A stretch of 64,000 nt of DNA, from assembly GCA_963668625.2 (NCBI GenBank), contig CAXXKA010000006.1:352001-416000 (forward strand), in the 5' to 3' direction. The stretch comes from an uncultured candidate division Zixibacteria bacterium. GTDB lineage: Bacteria; Zixibacteria; MSB-5A5; UBA10806; 4484-95. Below, piece by piece: positions 11,342 to 22,732 of the stretch. The notes under the pieces were generated by a model, which searched no databases, had not been told where the DNA came from, and worked only from the letters and a program-made list of their open reading frames with translations. The first letter of the stretch is position 1; each line of letters starts with the position of its first letter. Position numbers and translations under genes: made by a program.

Positions 11342-11727
11342 GTGATGTCGAGTTAATAGAGGCGGCCCGTCAGGCACAGAAAAAAGCCTACGCGCCATAC
11401 TCCGAGTTTAAAGTCGGCGCTGCGCTGCTTGGTAGTGATGGTATTATTTATACCGGGGTGAATGTCGAAAACGGTTCGTACGGCTTGACCGTATGTGCCG
11501 AGCGAAACGCGATCGGCAGCGCTGTGGTAAACGGTTGTACGAACTTTGCGAAAATAGTCGTATTCTCGAATGCAGCGCCACCGGCCACGCCCTGCGGAGC
11601 CTGCCGCCAGGTGCTAAGCGAGTTCTCGCCGGATATGCAGGTGATCTGTGTGAACAACCAGAATGAGATCAATCGCTATGGTTTAGATGAACTCCTGCCG
11701 CAGTCATTCGATTTTAAAAAAGAATAG
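11338..11727 (+). CDS. cdd: Cytidine deaminase (homotetrameric type)
   Basis: [29 protein letters not shown]. Confidence 0.95.
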   Translation: MSDVELIEAARQAQKKAYAPYSEFKVGAALLGSDGIIYTGVNVENGSYGLTVCAERNAIGSAVVNGCTNFAKIVVFSNAAPPATPCGACRQVLSEFSPDMQVICVNNQNEINRYGLDELLPQSFDFKKE

Positions 11728-11790
11728 TATGAACCTGAAGCTGAAAAGCTTCGGATGTTATAATCGCTAATTATAATGGACGAGGAATAG

Positions 11791-13092
11791 ATGAACGCTG
11801 TCGAGATAATCGCAAAAAAACGTGATGGCAAAGAACTTAGCTCTGATGAGATTGATTACTTTATAGATAATTTCACGAGTGGGAATATCCCCGATTACCA
11901 GATGTCGGCCTTTTTGATGTCCGTTTATTTTAAATCGATGACCTCGACGGAAACAGCCGCTTTGACCCGTGCGATGCTCGATTCCGGCGATAAAGTCATA
12001 TTCGATCCACTGAACAGGGCCTATGTCGATAAGCACTCATCCGGGGGCATTGGCGATAAGGTATCTATAATACTGGCCCCGCTGATGGCGGCATGCGGGC
12101 TGAAAGTGCCCATGCTATCCGGGCGTGGCCTGGGGCATACAGGCGGTACGCTTGATAAGCTCGAATCGATACCCGGATTTCGCACCGATCTGTCCATCGA
12201 GGAGTACAAACGCGGGGTAGAGCAGGTTGGCTGTATCATTACCGGCCAGACGCCCAGGATCGCTCCGGCTGATAGGTTGATGTATGCGTTGCGTGATGTC
12301 ACCGGCACGGTAGAGTCGATTCCTCTTATTTGTGGCTCGATTCTTTCCAAGAAATTCGCCGCCGGGCCTAATTCCATAGTATTCGATATAAAATGTGGCA
12401 ATGGCGCTTTCATGAAAACGATCGAGGATGCCGAGAATTTGGGGCGTAATCTTTGTGAAATATGCCATGTAATGGGTAAAGGCTCGTCCTATCTTATCAC
12501 CGATATGAACCAGCCGCTGGGTAACGCCGCCGGCAACGCCCTGGAAATCGATGAGTGCGTGCTTGCCTTAAAAGGAGATGGCCCCGAGGATTTGATGCAG
12601 ATAACCTACAGCCTGGGTGAAGCTATGCTCGATTTGGGCGGTATCGCCTCAGGTAATGAGGCGGTTCTTTTGCAGATGGAGAATATCAATAACGGCCGGG
12701 CTTTTGAGATATTCCTCGATATGGTAAAATATCAGGGTGGCGATATTTCCGGGCTTCAAAGTGCTAGTCGGCTATTGCCTGCGAAAATCGTATTCGAGGT
12801 GCAGGCTAAAGGTGAGGGATATATATCGGCTATCGATACTTACAAGATCGGGCGTTTGATAATCGAGCTGGGCGGAGGCAGAACAAAAGTAGGGCAGCCT
12901 ATCGATCACGCTGTTGGTATTGTCATGAAAAAGAAAATCGGCGATAAGGTTTCTAAAAACGATGTGCTGTTAGAGGTTCATTCATCAGGCAAACACGGCG
13001 AGGATTATTTGCGTGAGTCGTTCTTGAACACTCTGACATTAACAGATCAGATCATTTCCAAGCCACAGATAATCATTAAGAAAGCAAACTAA
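11791..13092 (+). CDS. pdp: Pyrimidine-nucleoside/thymidine phosphorylase
   Basis: DKHSSGGIGDK..SGRGLGHTGGTLDKLESIPG. Confidence 0.9.
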   Translation: MNAVEIIAKKRDGKELSSDEIDYFIDNFTSGNIPDYQMSAFLMSVYFKSMTSTETAALTRAMLDSGDKVIFDPLNRAYVDKHSSGGIGDKVSIILAPLMAACGLKVPMLSGRGLGHTGGTLDKLESIPGFRTDLSIEEYKRGVEQVGCIITGQTPRIAPADRLMYALRDVTGTVESIPLICGSILSKKFAAGPNSIVFDIKCGNGAFMKTIEDAENLGRNLCEICHVMGKGSSYLITDMNQPLGNAAGNALEIDECVLALKGDGPEDLMQITYSLGEAMLDLGGIASGNEAVLLQMENINNGRAFEIFLDMVKYQGGDISGLQSASRLLPAKIVFEVQAKGEGYISAIDTYKIGRLIIELGGGRTKVGQPIDHAVGIVMKKKIGDKVSKNDVLLEVHSSGKHGEDYLRESFLNTLTLTDQIISKPQIIIKKAN

Positions 13093-13220
13093 CCGACCGC
13101 GTTAAACTCAAGCGACATAATAATATATATGATGCTTCTTAAGTGATATATAAGGAGCGATCGCATCTTCATAGAGCCAACTCTCTGTTGCTATATATAT
13201 ATATTGATGATATTAAAGCG

Positions 13221-15374
13221 TTAGAATCTTTTACTATTATTATTTTCCTGAACCTTGAATCGTTCCTCGTTATCACGTTTGGAGCTGTCTCCCAGATGTT
13301 TCAAGGTACATTCTGTTTTCGGAAGCGTAACATCGGTGAAAATATCCGTAATTACCCGGCTGCATTTCGGAGTGGCGAGTTTTCCCGAATCGAGGCAGAT
13401 AGTGGCGGTATGGATTCCCGGCGGAACCGAGAACTCTTTCATTGGTAGTTCCTGATGAGCCGCTTTCATGTACTCTGTCCATATCGGTAAGGCGGTTGTT
13501 GCGCCTACCTCGCCCCGGTTGACACCAATCTGCGTGTAGTCGGAGAAACCGACCCAGACACAGGTAGTCATATGAACGGTATAACCATCAAACCAGTTGT
13601 TGGTAAAATCGTTGGTAGTGCCTGTTTTGCCGCCGGCTGGATGTTTGAACCCCATACGTCTGGCTCCGAACCCGGTGCCATTGTTCACCACCGATTCCAT
13701 CATGTTGACCATGATGTAGGCAGTTTGCTGAGACAGCACCTCCTCCTGGTCGGCTTTCTCGCGTTTCTCCAGTACATTGCCATTGCGATCGCGAATCTCT
13801 TTGATAAACCAGGGTTCTTTCTTGATACCGCCGTTGGGGAAAACCGAGTAAGCAGTGACCATCTCCCACAGGGTAACATCCCCGGCGCCGCCGATTGCCA
13901 GAGTGGGGTACGGTTTTAATGATGAATGTATCCCCATCCTTTTAGCGTATGATATCACCTGCTGCGGTGTTACCAGCGGATTCATGATCAGCTTGATCGA
14001 TATCAGGTTGCGTGATCTGCGCAGACCTTCACGTAATGTCATTTCGCCGTCGAAGGTCTCATCGAAATTCTTGGGACGCCACTCCTCGCCGCCCGATTGT
14101 AACACGATGGGTGAATCGATAAGCTTATCCGAGGGGCTAAAGCCGTTATCTATGGCGGTAGTGTAGACTATGGGCTTGATAGAGCTGCCCGGCTGACGTT
14201 TGGCCTGTACCGCGTGATTGAACTTATTCTTGGTGTAATCCTTGCCTCCGACGAATGCCAGTATCGCACCTGTGGCGTTATCTACACTGATCAAGGCGCT
14301 CTGCAACTGTTTGGTTACCTTGATAGTCGTATCCGAACCCTCTATGGTATCCGGTATCTCAATCGTATAATTATCGTATTTCTCGTTTTCCGGTGTGAGA
14401 ATCGAATCCATCTCGGCCTGTAATTGTTCGAGTTTCATTTTCACGGCGTTCTCGGCAAAATGCTGATAGTTGAGATCGATCGTAGTGGTCACATGCAATC
14501 CCGAATTGTACAGTGCGGTCTCACCGTATTTATCCCGAAGATATTGTCTTACCATCTCGGTGAAATATGGCGCCTCACCGACTTTCTCCTGTAGCGGATC
14601 GATAACCAGCGGTATTTTCTTCAGGCTGTCCGCCGTTTGCTGGCTGATACTACCGAATTCCGCCAGGGCATTATACACTACGTTACGACGTCTTTCCGCA
14701 CGTGCGGGATGATCGATTGGATTATACGGGTTAGGCGATTTCAACAAACCTATAAGCGTCGCCGATTCCGGCAATGTCAGCTCCCAGGCATTCTTGGAAT
14801 AATATAATTGTGCCGCTGCCTGAATGCCGTAAGCGCCTTTGCCCAGATAATGCTGATTGAGATACATCTCCAGTATCTGATCTTTGGAGTATGTCTGTTC
14901 GATTCGTATGGAGGTTAAAGCCTCGCGGATTTTTCGGGTATATGTCTGGCGTGCTGTCAAAAACAGGTTGCGGGCTAACTGCTGAGTCAGGGTGGATGCG
15001 CCCTGGGCTTTCAAATCGAAACTCTTGATATTATGGGCGAACGCTCCCGCGATACGTCGAATATCCACACCCCAGTGATCGTAAAAACGACGATCCTCGA
15101 CTGCCAGAAGGCAATCGATCAAGTAGGGAGGGATTTTATTATAAGGTACCAGCATACGCCGCTGATTATAGAACTCTTTTAGTAGATTCCCATCTTTGTC
15201 GTACACGCGGGTGATAAGACTTGGCTCGATATTATGCAATTGTGCCAGCGAGGGTAAGTCGGCTCGGAAATACATGTACATGCTCAGGCCGATAATCATC
15301 GCCAGTAGAGCCAGCCCGAATCCAGCCAGTATGAATGGTTTGTTGCTGTTTTTTTCTTTGTACACTATTGCCAT
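13221..15374 (-). CDS. Penicillin-binding protein 1A family (transglycosylase/transpeptidase)
   Basis: N-terminal TM, EDRRFYDHWG, QGASTLTQQLARN, SSIK (SxxK), SRN, KTGT. Confidence 0.93.
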   Translation of the reverse strand: MAIVYKEKNSNKPFILAGFGLALLAMIIGLSMYMYFRADLPSLAQLHNIEPSLITRVYDKDGNLLKEFYNQRRMLVPYNKIPPYLIDCLLAVEDRRFYDHWGVDIRRIAGAFAHNIKSFDLKAQGASTLTQQLARNLFLTARQTYTRKIREALTSIRIEQTYSKDQILEMYLNQHYLGKGAYGIQAAAQLYYSKNAWELTLPESATLIGLLKSPNPYNPIDHPARAERRRNVVYNALAEFGSISQQTADSLKKIPLVIDPLQEKVGEAPYFTEMVRQYLRDKYGETALYNSGLHVTTTIDLNYQHFAENAVKMKLEQLQAEMDSILTPENEKYDNYTIEIPDTIEGSDTTIKVTKQLQSALISVDNATGAILAFVGGKDYTKNKFNHAVQAKRQPGSSIKPIVYTTAIDNGFSPSDKLIDSPIVLQSGGEEWRPKNFDETFDGEMTLREGLRRSRNLISIKLIMNPLVTPQQVISYAKRMGIHSSLKPYPTLAIGGAGDVTLWEMVTAYSVFPNGGIKKEPWFIKEIRDRNGNVLEKREKADQEEVLSQQTAYIMVNMMESVVNNGTGFGARRMGFKHPAGGKTGTTNDFTNNWFDGYTVHMTTCVWVGFSDYTQIGVNRGEVGATTALPIWTEYMKAAHQELPMKEFSVPPGIHTATICLDSGKLATPKCSRVITDIFTDVTLPKTECTLKHLGDSSKRDNEERFKVQENNNSKRF

Positions 15375-15485
15375 ACCCGTGTTATCTATACTCTTTCTTA
15401 TTAATAGTCAAGAGAAATTAGACTTAACCCTTGCCCTGTTTGTTCGATTATATATATTACATCCATCATTGAGAAAGGTTTCGAC

Positions 15486-16706
15486 ATGAAAGAAGAAATC
15501 CAGCGACAATATTCTGAAATCTCTCGCGGTTGCGAGGAGATAATTCAGGAAGAGGAACTTAAAAAGCAAATAGAATGGTCTTTAACCAATAAAAAGCCGC
15601 TTATTATAAAACAGGGATTCGATCCGACTGCTCCCGATATTCATATCGGCCACATGGTTACGATCAGGAAGCTACGGATATTCCAGCAATTGGGACATCA
15701 GGTTGTCTTCCTCATTGGCGATTATACCGGGCTTGTAGGCGATCCCTCCGGCAGGAACTCCGCTCGCAAGAAAATGACCGAGGAAGAGGTTCTCGCCAAT
15801 GCCGAAACATATAAGACTCAAATATTCAAAGTGCTCGATCCGGGAAAAACCGATATCAGGTTTAACTCCGAATGGTTCAAGCAGATGAGTTTCGCCGGCG
15901 TACTCGAGTTGACCTCGCATTACACGGTCGCCAGAATACTCGAGCGTGATGATTTCGAGAAACGCTACAAAGCCGGTAATCCTATTTCGATAATGGAATT
16001 TTTATATCCCCTGATGCAAGGTTACGATTCTGTCGCGCTCCAATCGGATGTCGAAATCGGCGGAACCGATCAAAAATTCAACCTTCTGGTTGGCCGGGCT
16101 CTTCAGGAGCGATATGGCCAGAAACCGCAGATCGTCTTGACCCACCCGCTTTTAGTTGGCACTGATGGCGTGGAGAAGATGTCCAAATCGCTGGGCAACT
16201 ATATCGGCATTAACGAGCCGCCCACGGAGATATTCGGCAAGGCAATGTCTATCCCCGATAGCCAGATAGTTAACTATTTCACCCTGGCTACCGAGGTGGG
16301 CTCCGATCATATCGCCGATATTGATAAGCAGTTGAAAAGCGACAATATCAATCCGATGGTGTTCAAAAAAGAGCTGGCGCGAGAATTGGTTAAGATGTAT
16401 CACGATGAGGCCTCCGCGGTAAAAGCCCAGGAGGATTTCGAAATGAAGTTCTCCAAAAAGGAAATCCCCGATGATATCCCGGAACTGGCGATATCGAGCG
16501 AGGAGCCACTGATATGGATCGTAAATTTGATCGTCCAATCGGGAGTGGCCCAATCGAATAGCCAGGCGATGAGATTGGTAAAAGGCGGGGGAGTGCAGGT
16601 TAATGGAACAAAAGTAACCGATAAAGATTTCAAGGTAATGTTAGCTGAGGAAAATACCGTTAAAATCGGGAAGAAAAACTTTTTCAAGATTGTGTGGAAT
16701 AAGTAA
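15486..16706 (+). CDS. tyrS: Tyrosine--tRNA ligase
   Basis: [13 protein letters not shown] (HIGH), KMSKS, C-terminal S4 domain. Confidence 0.96.
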   Translation: MKEEIQRQYSEISRGCEEIIQEEELKKQIEWSLTNKKPLIIKQGFDPTAPDIHIGHMVTIRKLRIFQQLGHQVVFLIGDYTGLVGDPSGRNSARKKMTEEEVLANAETYKTQIFKVLDPGKTDIRFNSEWFKQMSFAGVLELTSHYTVARILERDDFEKRYKAGNPISIMEFLYPLMQGYDSVALQSDVEIGGTDQKFNLLVGRALQERYGQKPQIVLTHPLLVGTDGVEKMSKSLGNYIGINEPPTEIFGKAMSIPDSQIVNYFTLATEVGSDHIADIDKQLKSDNINPMVFKKELARELVKMYHDEASAVKAQEDFEMKFSKKEIPDDIPELAISSEEPLIWIVNLIVQSGVAQSNSQAMRLVKGGGVQVNGTKVTDKDFKVMLAEENTVKIGKKNFFKIVWNK

Positions 16707-17808
16707 ATGGCTAATCAAATAGATATAAATTTCGACGAGTTACAAGAGCGCCTTCTCAAGCTGCGGGGGTATCTTTGACATCGATATCCTTACAGAAGAT
16801 ATAGCGAAACTGGAAAAGCTCAGTCAGGCCGATGGTTTCTGGAACGATAACCTCAAAGCCCGCGATATCTTAAAAGAGCTTGATCGTAAAAAGAACACGG
16901 TTAATACCTGGACAAAACTTCATAATGATTTAAGCGATCTGCAGGAACTCTCCGAGTTGGCCCGGATCGATAATGATCAGGAGACGCTGCAGGCGGTAAT
17001 CGGTCAGGCGGATGGCTTGATCGCTACTCTCGATAAGTTCGAGTTCAAATCGCTGCTTTCGGGGGAGGATGACGATAAAAACGCCATCCTCGAAATTCAC
17101 CCCGGTGCGGGTGGTACCGAATCACAGGACTGGGCGGAAATGCTTTTACGTATGTACCTTCGTTACGCCGAACAGAGCGGTTTCCAGGCAGAGACGCTCG
17201 ATTATCTTGGCGGTGATGAGGCCGGTATCAAATCGGCTACGATCGAGGTGAAAGGCGATTACGCCTATGGCTATTTGAAAGCCGAATCGGGCGTGCATCG
17301 CCTGGTGCGAATCTCGCCGTTCGATTTCAACAGCCGCCGTCATACTTCGTTTGCCTCGGTGTTCGTAATACCGGAGGTGGATGACAGTATCACTGTCGAA
17401 ATTAACGATGATGATTTGCGTATCGACACCTACCGAGCCTCCGGAGCGGGTGGCCAGCATGTCAATAAAACCTCCTCTGCGGTGCGGATAACTCATATCC
17501 CGACGAATATCGTAGTCCAGTGTCAGACTGAACGTTCGCAGCATAAAAACAAAGACTCAGCTATGAAAATTCTTCGTTCCCGGCTATACCATCACTACCT
17601 GGAGATCGAAAAAGCCAAGCAGGCCAATCGCGAGCCGGATAAAAAGAAAATCGAATGGGGAAGTCAAATACGCTCGTATGTTTTTCATCCTTACAACATG
17701 GTGAAAGACCATCGTACCGATATCGAGACCTCGAATACACAGGCTGTAATGGATGGCGCGATTGATATGTTCATTAACGGCTACCTTTCACATAAAGACA
17801 GCAAGTAA
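16707..17808 (+). CDS. prfB: Peptide chain release factor 2, expressed through a programmed +1 frameshift at 16773-16779
   Basis: ATG 16707 opens 23 codons ending ..LRGYL at CGGGGG TAT CTT TGA C; the +1 frame continues DIDIL..FWND into the ORF with SPF and GGQ motifs. Confidence 0.95.
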
Positions 17809-17975
17809 GAGTATAACGCACCCGGTAGAAGATGATTATTCAAAAGGATTCGTGGATAATTAATAATATCCGGTAACAAATCGAATTATTCACCGTTAAT
17901 TTAATTGGAAAATCGCTTTAAATTCACGGAGAATTATCCTACAATACCCTGGTATAATCTTTCCGGGAGGACTAG

Positions 17976-18818
17976 ATGAAAAGATATTGTAAGAATTGTC
18001 AAAAGATATCGGAAGCCGAACAGGAGTTGAAATTCTGTTCTCATTGCGGAACGCCTTTCGAGCCAATTGGCGAACCTGAGGATAAGCCGGTTTCGAATAT
18101 GCCGCCGGTGATACCTATGGCACAGGCTCAGAGTGCGGGTGGAACCGCTCGGGAGGAAAAGTATTGCGCCTGGGAGGATAAAGCTCATCTCGGATTTTTC
18201 GGCGCCCTGTATGAGACATGGAGGGAGTCGTTGTTCAATACGACCAGGTTCTTCCGCAGGATGCCAACAACGGCAGGAATCGGAAACCCTCTTTTTTACG
18301 CGATTATCCTGGGTATGGTTGGCGTCGTGTTTTCAATAATGTACCAACAATTCTGGGGCAATTTACTCAATATGGCCGACTGGTATGAGGAATTCGGTTA
18401 CGCCATGGACCCGGATTTGTACGATCTCTCGCAGTTTTCCTCACAGATGCAGTCTGCCAGCATGTTGTTTAAACTGGTGCTCTCACCGGTTTTTATCATT
18501 ATTACACTCTTTATCACCGCCGGAATTGCTCATTTGGTTTTGTTAATATTCGGCTGGTCTAAAACAGGTTTTGAGGGCACTTTCAGGGTGTTCGGCTATA
18601 GCTATAGCGCCGTCTTTTTTGAAATCATACCGTTGTTTGGCGGTCTGGTTACATTAGTATGGTCTATCATAATGTATGTAATCGGGCTTAGAGAAATTCA
18701 CCGGATATCCACGGGGAAAGCGATACTGGTAGTTATTGTCCCGATTACCCTGGTTTGTTTATGCTGTTGCGGGCTAGTGATTTCGATTATGAGTATGGCA
18801 GGATTTTCTAATTTCTGA
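17976..18818 (+). CDS. Yip1-family membrane protein with N-terminal zinc ribbon
   Basis: CxxC..CxxCG N-terminus; 'FF+RMP..G..PL.YA', 'TFRV.GYS' and multiple TM segments. Confidence 0.7.
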   Translation: MKRYCKNCQKISEAEQELKFCSHCGTPFEPIGEPEDKPVSNMPPVIPMAQAQSAGGTAREEKYCAWEDKAHLGFFGALYETWRESLFNTTRFFRRMPTTAGIGNPLFYAIILGMVGVVFSIMYQQFWGNLLNMADWYEEFGYAMDPDLYDLSQFSSQMQSASMLFKLVLSPVFIIITLFITAGIAHLVLLIFGWSKTGFEGTFRVFGYSYSAVFFEIIPLFGGLVTLVWSIIMYVIGLREIHRISTGKAILVVIVPITLVCLCCCGLVISIMSMAGFSNF

Positions 18819-19210
18819 TGAAATTCAAACTGGTTAGAGGAAAACATCCTCTTTCGATACACTTTGTCTGGATGTTTATCCTGATCGGTCTTTTAGGAAT
18901 TACTCGTTTTATACCTCTTAATAAATGTCCTTTTCATGCGATAACCGGTTATCCTTGTTTAAGTTGCGGGGCCACAAGGGCGGCAGAGGCGTTTTTAGCA
19001 GGTGATTTTATTGGCATGATTGCATTTAATCCTCTCATCGTGCTGTTTTGTATAGGTTTGTTTTTTTTCTCGCTTTTTAAACTCGTGGAGTTTATATTTC
19101 AGTTTCGCATTATTATGCGAATGAGTAGTAATTACGCGTTGGCGGTAAGATTACTGGCTGTGATTGCCGTGATCGCCAACTGGGCTTTTCTTATTGTGAT
19201 GGAACGATGA
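18818..19210 (+). CDS. DUF2752-family membrane protein
   Basis: CPFHAITGYPCLSCGATRA..A..FNP motif. Confidence 0.75.
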   Translation: MKFKLVRGKHPLSIHFVWMFILIGLLGITRFIPLNKCPFHAITGYPCLSCGATRAAEAFLAGDFIGMIAFNPLIVLFCIGLFFFSLFKLVEFIFQFRIIMRMSSNYALAVRLLAVIAVIANWAFLIVMER

Positions 19211-19659
19211 AAGTATTTCTTGCCGGGATTATTCAGGGATCGAAAAAAAGCGAGACCGTTCATTCCCAAAATTACAGACCGAGATTAAAATCCCTTCTTA
19301 AATCAAAATACGATGGTATCGAGTTGGTCGATCCTGTCGATGGTCATGAACAATCGATCGATTATGATGATGCTATGGCCGCCAAAGTGTTCTGGGGCCA
19401 TATCGATTTGATTGCCTCCTGTGATTTGCTGATCGCGTTTTTGCCGGAGGCTTCGATGGGGACTGCGGTCGAAATGACCGAGGCGTACCAGAGAAAAATT
19501 CCCATAATTACCGTTTCCCCGATGTCGATAAACTGGGTGATTCGCCTCCTCTCCTGGAAAAATTTTGAAACTGTCGAGGAATTCGAGAAGTTTTTGGAAA
19601 ATAACGACATTGAAGAAATAGTCTCTGAATATAGAGTCAGTGTAGAGGAGAAGGTTTAA
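19207..19659 (+). CDS. Nucleoside 2-deoxyribosyltransferase-like protein
   Basis: KVFLAG..CDLLIAFLPEASMGTAVEM. Confidence 0.6.
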   Translation: MKVFLAGIIQGSKKSETVHSQNYRPRLKSLLKSKYDGIELVDPVDGHEQSIDYDDAMAAKVFWGHIDLIASCDLLIAFLPEASMGTAVEMTEAYQRKIPIITVSPMSINWVIRLLSWKNFETVEEFEKFLENNDIEEIVSEYRVSVEEKV

Positions 19660-19958
19660 TGCCTACTTATCAATATAGATGCGAAAAATGCGGCTACGAA
19701 TTCGAGGAGTTCCAGTCGATGAGCGATGAACCTATCGATAAGTGCCCCGAATGCAGCGGACATGTTAAAAGACTGATATCAGGGGGGGCAGGATTCCTGT
19801 TTAAAGGTTCGGGTTTCTATGCCACCGACTATCGCTCTGACAGCTACAAGAAAGCTGCCGAGATGGATAAACCCTCACCGGTTTCATCGAGTAAATCATC
19901 GAGCGATAAAAAGAGCGACTCGAAACCTAAAAAGGATAACGTCAAAAAATCCGCCTGA
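19659..19958 (+). CDS. FmdB-family zinc-ribbon protein
   Basis: MPTYQYRCEKCG..CPEC..FKGSGFYATDY. Confidence 0.85.
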   Translation: MPTYQYRCEKCGYEFEEFQSMSDEPIDKCPECSGHVKRLISGGAGFLFKGSGFYATDYRSDSYKKAAEMDKPSPVSSSKSSSDKKSDSKPKKDNVKKSA

Positions 19959-19981
19959 TTACAATCGAGAATTTCGGAAAT

Positions 19982-20024
19982 AAAAAAGCCAGGTATCGCA
20001 AAGATATCTGGCTTTAAGCTTTTT
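19982..20024. terminator. Bidirectional intrinsic terminator between convergent genes
   Basis: AAAAAAGCCAGGTATC-GCAAA-GATATCTGGCTTT hairpin. Confidence 0.65.
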
Positions 20025-20036
20025 ATGGCAATCGTT

Positions 20037-20588
20037 TTATTTCTTGATCGTGATTTTCGATCCTATGAATTCCGAGTCGACCTCCTGGCCGTTCTGATCC
20101 CACATCGAGAATACGAAACTGATATGCGGATGGGGTATCATGCCGCGAGTCAATTCAACAACGCCTTCGGGACAATCCTTGGGAGCGGTGAAGAACAATG
20201 TAGCTAACAGGCCATCACCCGGCAACAACGGATCGACATACACATCCGGGTCGATCGTGGCTATAAAAGCGAAATACGCTACCTTGTCGTCTTTCTCGGT
20301 TTGGGGAAGTTTGATATCGTCGAAACCGAAATATTCCATGCGGCTGTCGGCAAACGAGATCGAATCACACCAGAGATCGATGTTCTCATGACGGAAAAAG
20401 ATCGGTACCTGACAACCCGCCAGCGAATCGACCGAGAATACTTTTACTTTTACGGCAAAATGATCGCCGGGCTTGGCGGTAACTTCATCGACATAAACCG
20501 TATTGGTTTCGAATTTGGGATCGTCAGCCAGTGCAGATGCTGAAAAAAATAAGCAAGTAAACAGGCAGAAAAGTACTATGTTTCTCAC
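20037..20588 (-). CDS. Secreted cohesin-like beta-sandwich protein
   Basis: GTG 20588 after GGAGG; signal peptide; pattern V.v..V.a.PG..f.V.V..G.g.la.L.F resembles cohesin domains. Confidence 0.55.
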   Translation of the reverse strand: MRNIVLFCLFTCLFFSASALADDPKFETNTVYVDEVTAKPGDHFAVKVKVFSVDSLAGCQVPIFFRHENIDLWCDSISFADSRMEYFGFDDIKLPQTEKDDKVAYFAFIATIDPDVYVDPLLPGDGLLATLFFTAPKDCPEGVVELTRGMIPHPHISFVFSMWDQNGQEVDSEFIGSKITIKK

Positions 20589-20716
20589 AAAACCTCCTTT
20601 GGTAGATGCCATCATGAGATTTAACATCCACAGCTAGTCTTTGTTCCAGTATTTATAAGATATTATCGGATATCGAGAATGCAAGTATAATTTTGTAAAT
20701 ATAATATTGAAATAGC

Positions 20717-21769
20717 TCACCGCACTTGTTTTATTCTGCTGCCTGCAAGCTGACCGCAGGCGGCGGCTATATCAACACCTTTGGATTTACGCACGGTTAC
20801 CGCCGGAGTTCTGGGGTAGAGATAGTCGCGAAATGATTCCACCACCCTGTCTCCGGGACGGCGGTAGGGTATACCCTTAACGGGATTATAAACGATCAGG
20901 TTTATCTTGCAGGGAATACCGCGAACGTAGTCGGCGAGCGCTTTAGCATCACCGATACCATCATTAATGCCATCAATGAGCAGGTATTCGAAAGTTACCC
21001 TGTTATCGGAGGCTTTCGCGAAATGTATTGCCGCTTGTTTAAGCTTATCGAGAGGATATTTTGCGGCTATCGGTATGAGCTTCCGCCGTTTGCCATCGAT
21101 TGCCGAATGTAGCGAGATCGCCAGGTTCACTCGCGGGTTGTCCTCGGCCAGACGATAAATACCGTTTACCAGGCCGACTGTCGAGATCGTTATCTTGCGT
21201 GCCGCCACTCCTGCGCCCAGTTGATTGGTCAGAATATCGGTGGCGTCTAGCAGGTTATCATAATTCAAAAACGGCTCTCCCATGCCCATGAATACGATAT
21301 TCGTGATTCGTTTGTTTTCAGGCAAACTCAATGCGCTCAGAAGGTACTGGTCGTAAATCTCACCGGGATTCAGGTGACGATTAAACCCCATCTTGCCGGT
21401 AGCGCAAAAACTACAGCCTAATGGACAACCTGCCTGCGAGGACATGCATAATGTCAACCGGCCGTCATCGGGGATTAGCACTGACTCGATGAATAAACCA
21501 TCATGGGTTTGCCAGAGCGATTTCACGGTGCCGTCCCGTGATGACACTCGCTCAGCCTCGATGAGTTTACCTATCACACATCTGGATTCGAGCAGGGCGC
21601 GAAAATCCTTGGCTAAATCAGTCATATTGGCAAAGTTATCGCAGCCGTGACGGAACACCCATTTATACAATTGACGACCGCTAAATGGTTTTTTGCCCAG
21701 ATTCACCGCGAGTTCTTCCATCCCGGCAAGTGGCAGGTTTTTCAGATTGATTTTATTATCAGCTTTCAT
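20717..21769 (-). CDS. rlmN: Dual-specificity rRNA/tRNA m2A methyltransferase RlmN
   Basis: Radical SAM motif CPLGCSFC, FMGMGEP, DIAAACGQL; likely start ATG 21769. Confidence 0.93.
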   Translation of the reverse strand: MKADNKINLKNLPLAGMEELAVNLGKKPFSGRQLYKWVFRHGCDNFANMTDLAKDFRALLESRCVIGKLIEAERVSSRDGTVKSLWQTHDGLFIESVLIPDDGRLTLCMSSQAGCPLGCSFCATGKMGFNRHLNPGEIYDQYLLSALSLPENKRITNIVFMGMGEPFLNYDNLLDATDILTNQLGAGVAARKITISTVGLVNGIYRLAEDNPRVNLAISLHSAIDGKRRKLIPIAAKYPLDKLKQAAIHFAKASDNRVTFEYLLIDGINDGIGDAKALADYVRGIPCKINLIVYNPVKGIPYRRPGDRVVESFRDYLYPRTPAVTVRKSKGVDIAAACGQLAGSRIKQVR

Positions 21770-21934
21770 GATATGACAATATACCCGGCGAGTTAAAACA
21801 ATCAACATGAAAAAGTAAAACGGTTAAGGTGAAAAAATAATCTGCGGTCTGCCGCATTCCTCAGGATAGAAGGAACCTCATCCTGAAGCTAAAATATCAC
21901 TTGCAATAAAAAATAAAACTTGCTAACCTGAAAT

Positions 21935-22732
21935 ATGCTAGTTAGTTTCGTACAGTTACGCCCGGAGTTTGGCAACAAACCCGCTAATATCGATAAAGCC
22001 ATCTCGCTGATGGAGTCCAAACCGGCCGAGTTATACGTATTGCCGGAATTGTTCAATTCAGGCTATGTTTTCACCTCCGCCGAGGAACTCGATAATCTGG
22101 CCGAAACCGCCGGGGACGGCGTTACATTCAAGATTATAAGGGATTTCGCCCAAAAGCATAAATGTGCGGTTATTTACGGTTTCCCGGAAAAGGCGGCCGA
22201 GGGCAATTACAACTCCTCGATATTCATCGATTACCATGGAAAGTTTCGAGTCTATCGGAAATTGCATCTTTTTTACGAGGAAAACCTGTATTTCAAACCG
22301 GGTAATTTTCAACTTGAAACAGTCGATTACAACGGCGCAAAATTGGGTATGATGATCTGCTATGATTGGATTTACCCGGAGGTCGCCAGGATTTTGGCAT
22401 TAAAAGGCGCGCAAATCATATGTCACTGTGTTAATTTAGTCATGCCCTACTGTCAGGAGGCAATGAAAACCAGATCAATAGAGAACCGGGTTTTCACCAT
22501 AACCGCCAACCGGATAGGCGAGGAAAAGCGCGGTGAAAAGGGTTTTACGTTCACCGGGCAAAGCCAGATCACCGATTGTGCGGGAAATGTTCTATATCGT
22601 GCAGATGTGAATAAAGAAGAAATATTCGTTGCCGATATAAACATTGAGGATGCAAAAGACAAAAAGGTGAATAACTTTAACAGCTTATGGGATGACCGAC
22701 GTACCGAGTATTACAAGCGTCTGGGGGAATAG
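21935..22732 (+). CDS. Carbon-nitrogen hydrolase (nitrilase superfamily)
   Basis: LPELFNSGY, YRKLHL, ICYDW (E-K-C triad). Confidence 0.88.
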   Translation: MLVSFVQLRPEFGNKPANIDKAISLMESKPAELYVLPELFNSGYVFTSAEELDNLAETAGDGVTFKIIRDFAQKHKCAVIYGFPEKAAEGNYNSSIFIDYHGKFRVYRKLHLFYEENLYFKPGNFQLETVDYNGAKLGMMICYDWIYPEVARILALKGAQIICHCVNLVMPYCQEAMKTRSIENRVFTITANRIGEEKRGEKGFTFTGQSQITDCAGNVLYRADVNKEEIFVADINIEDAKDKKVNNFNSLWDDRRTEYYKRLGE

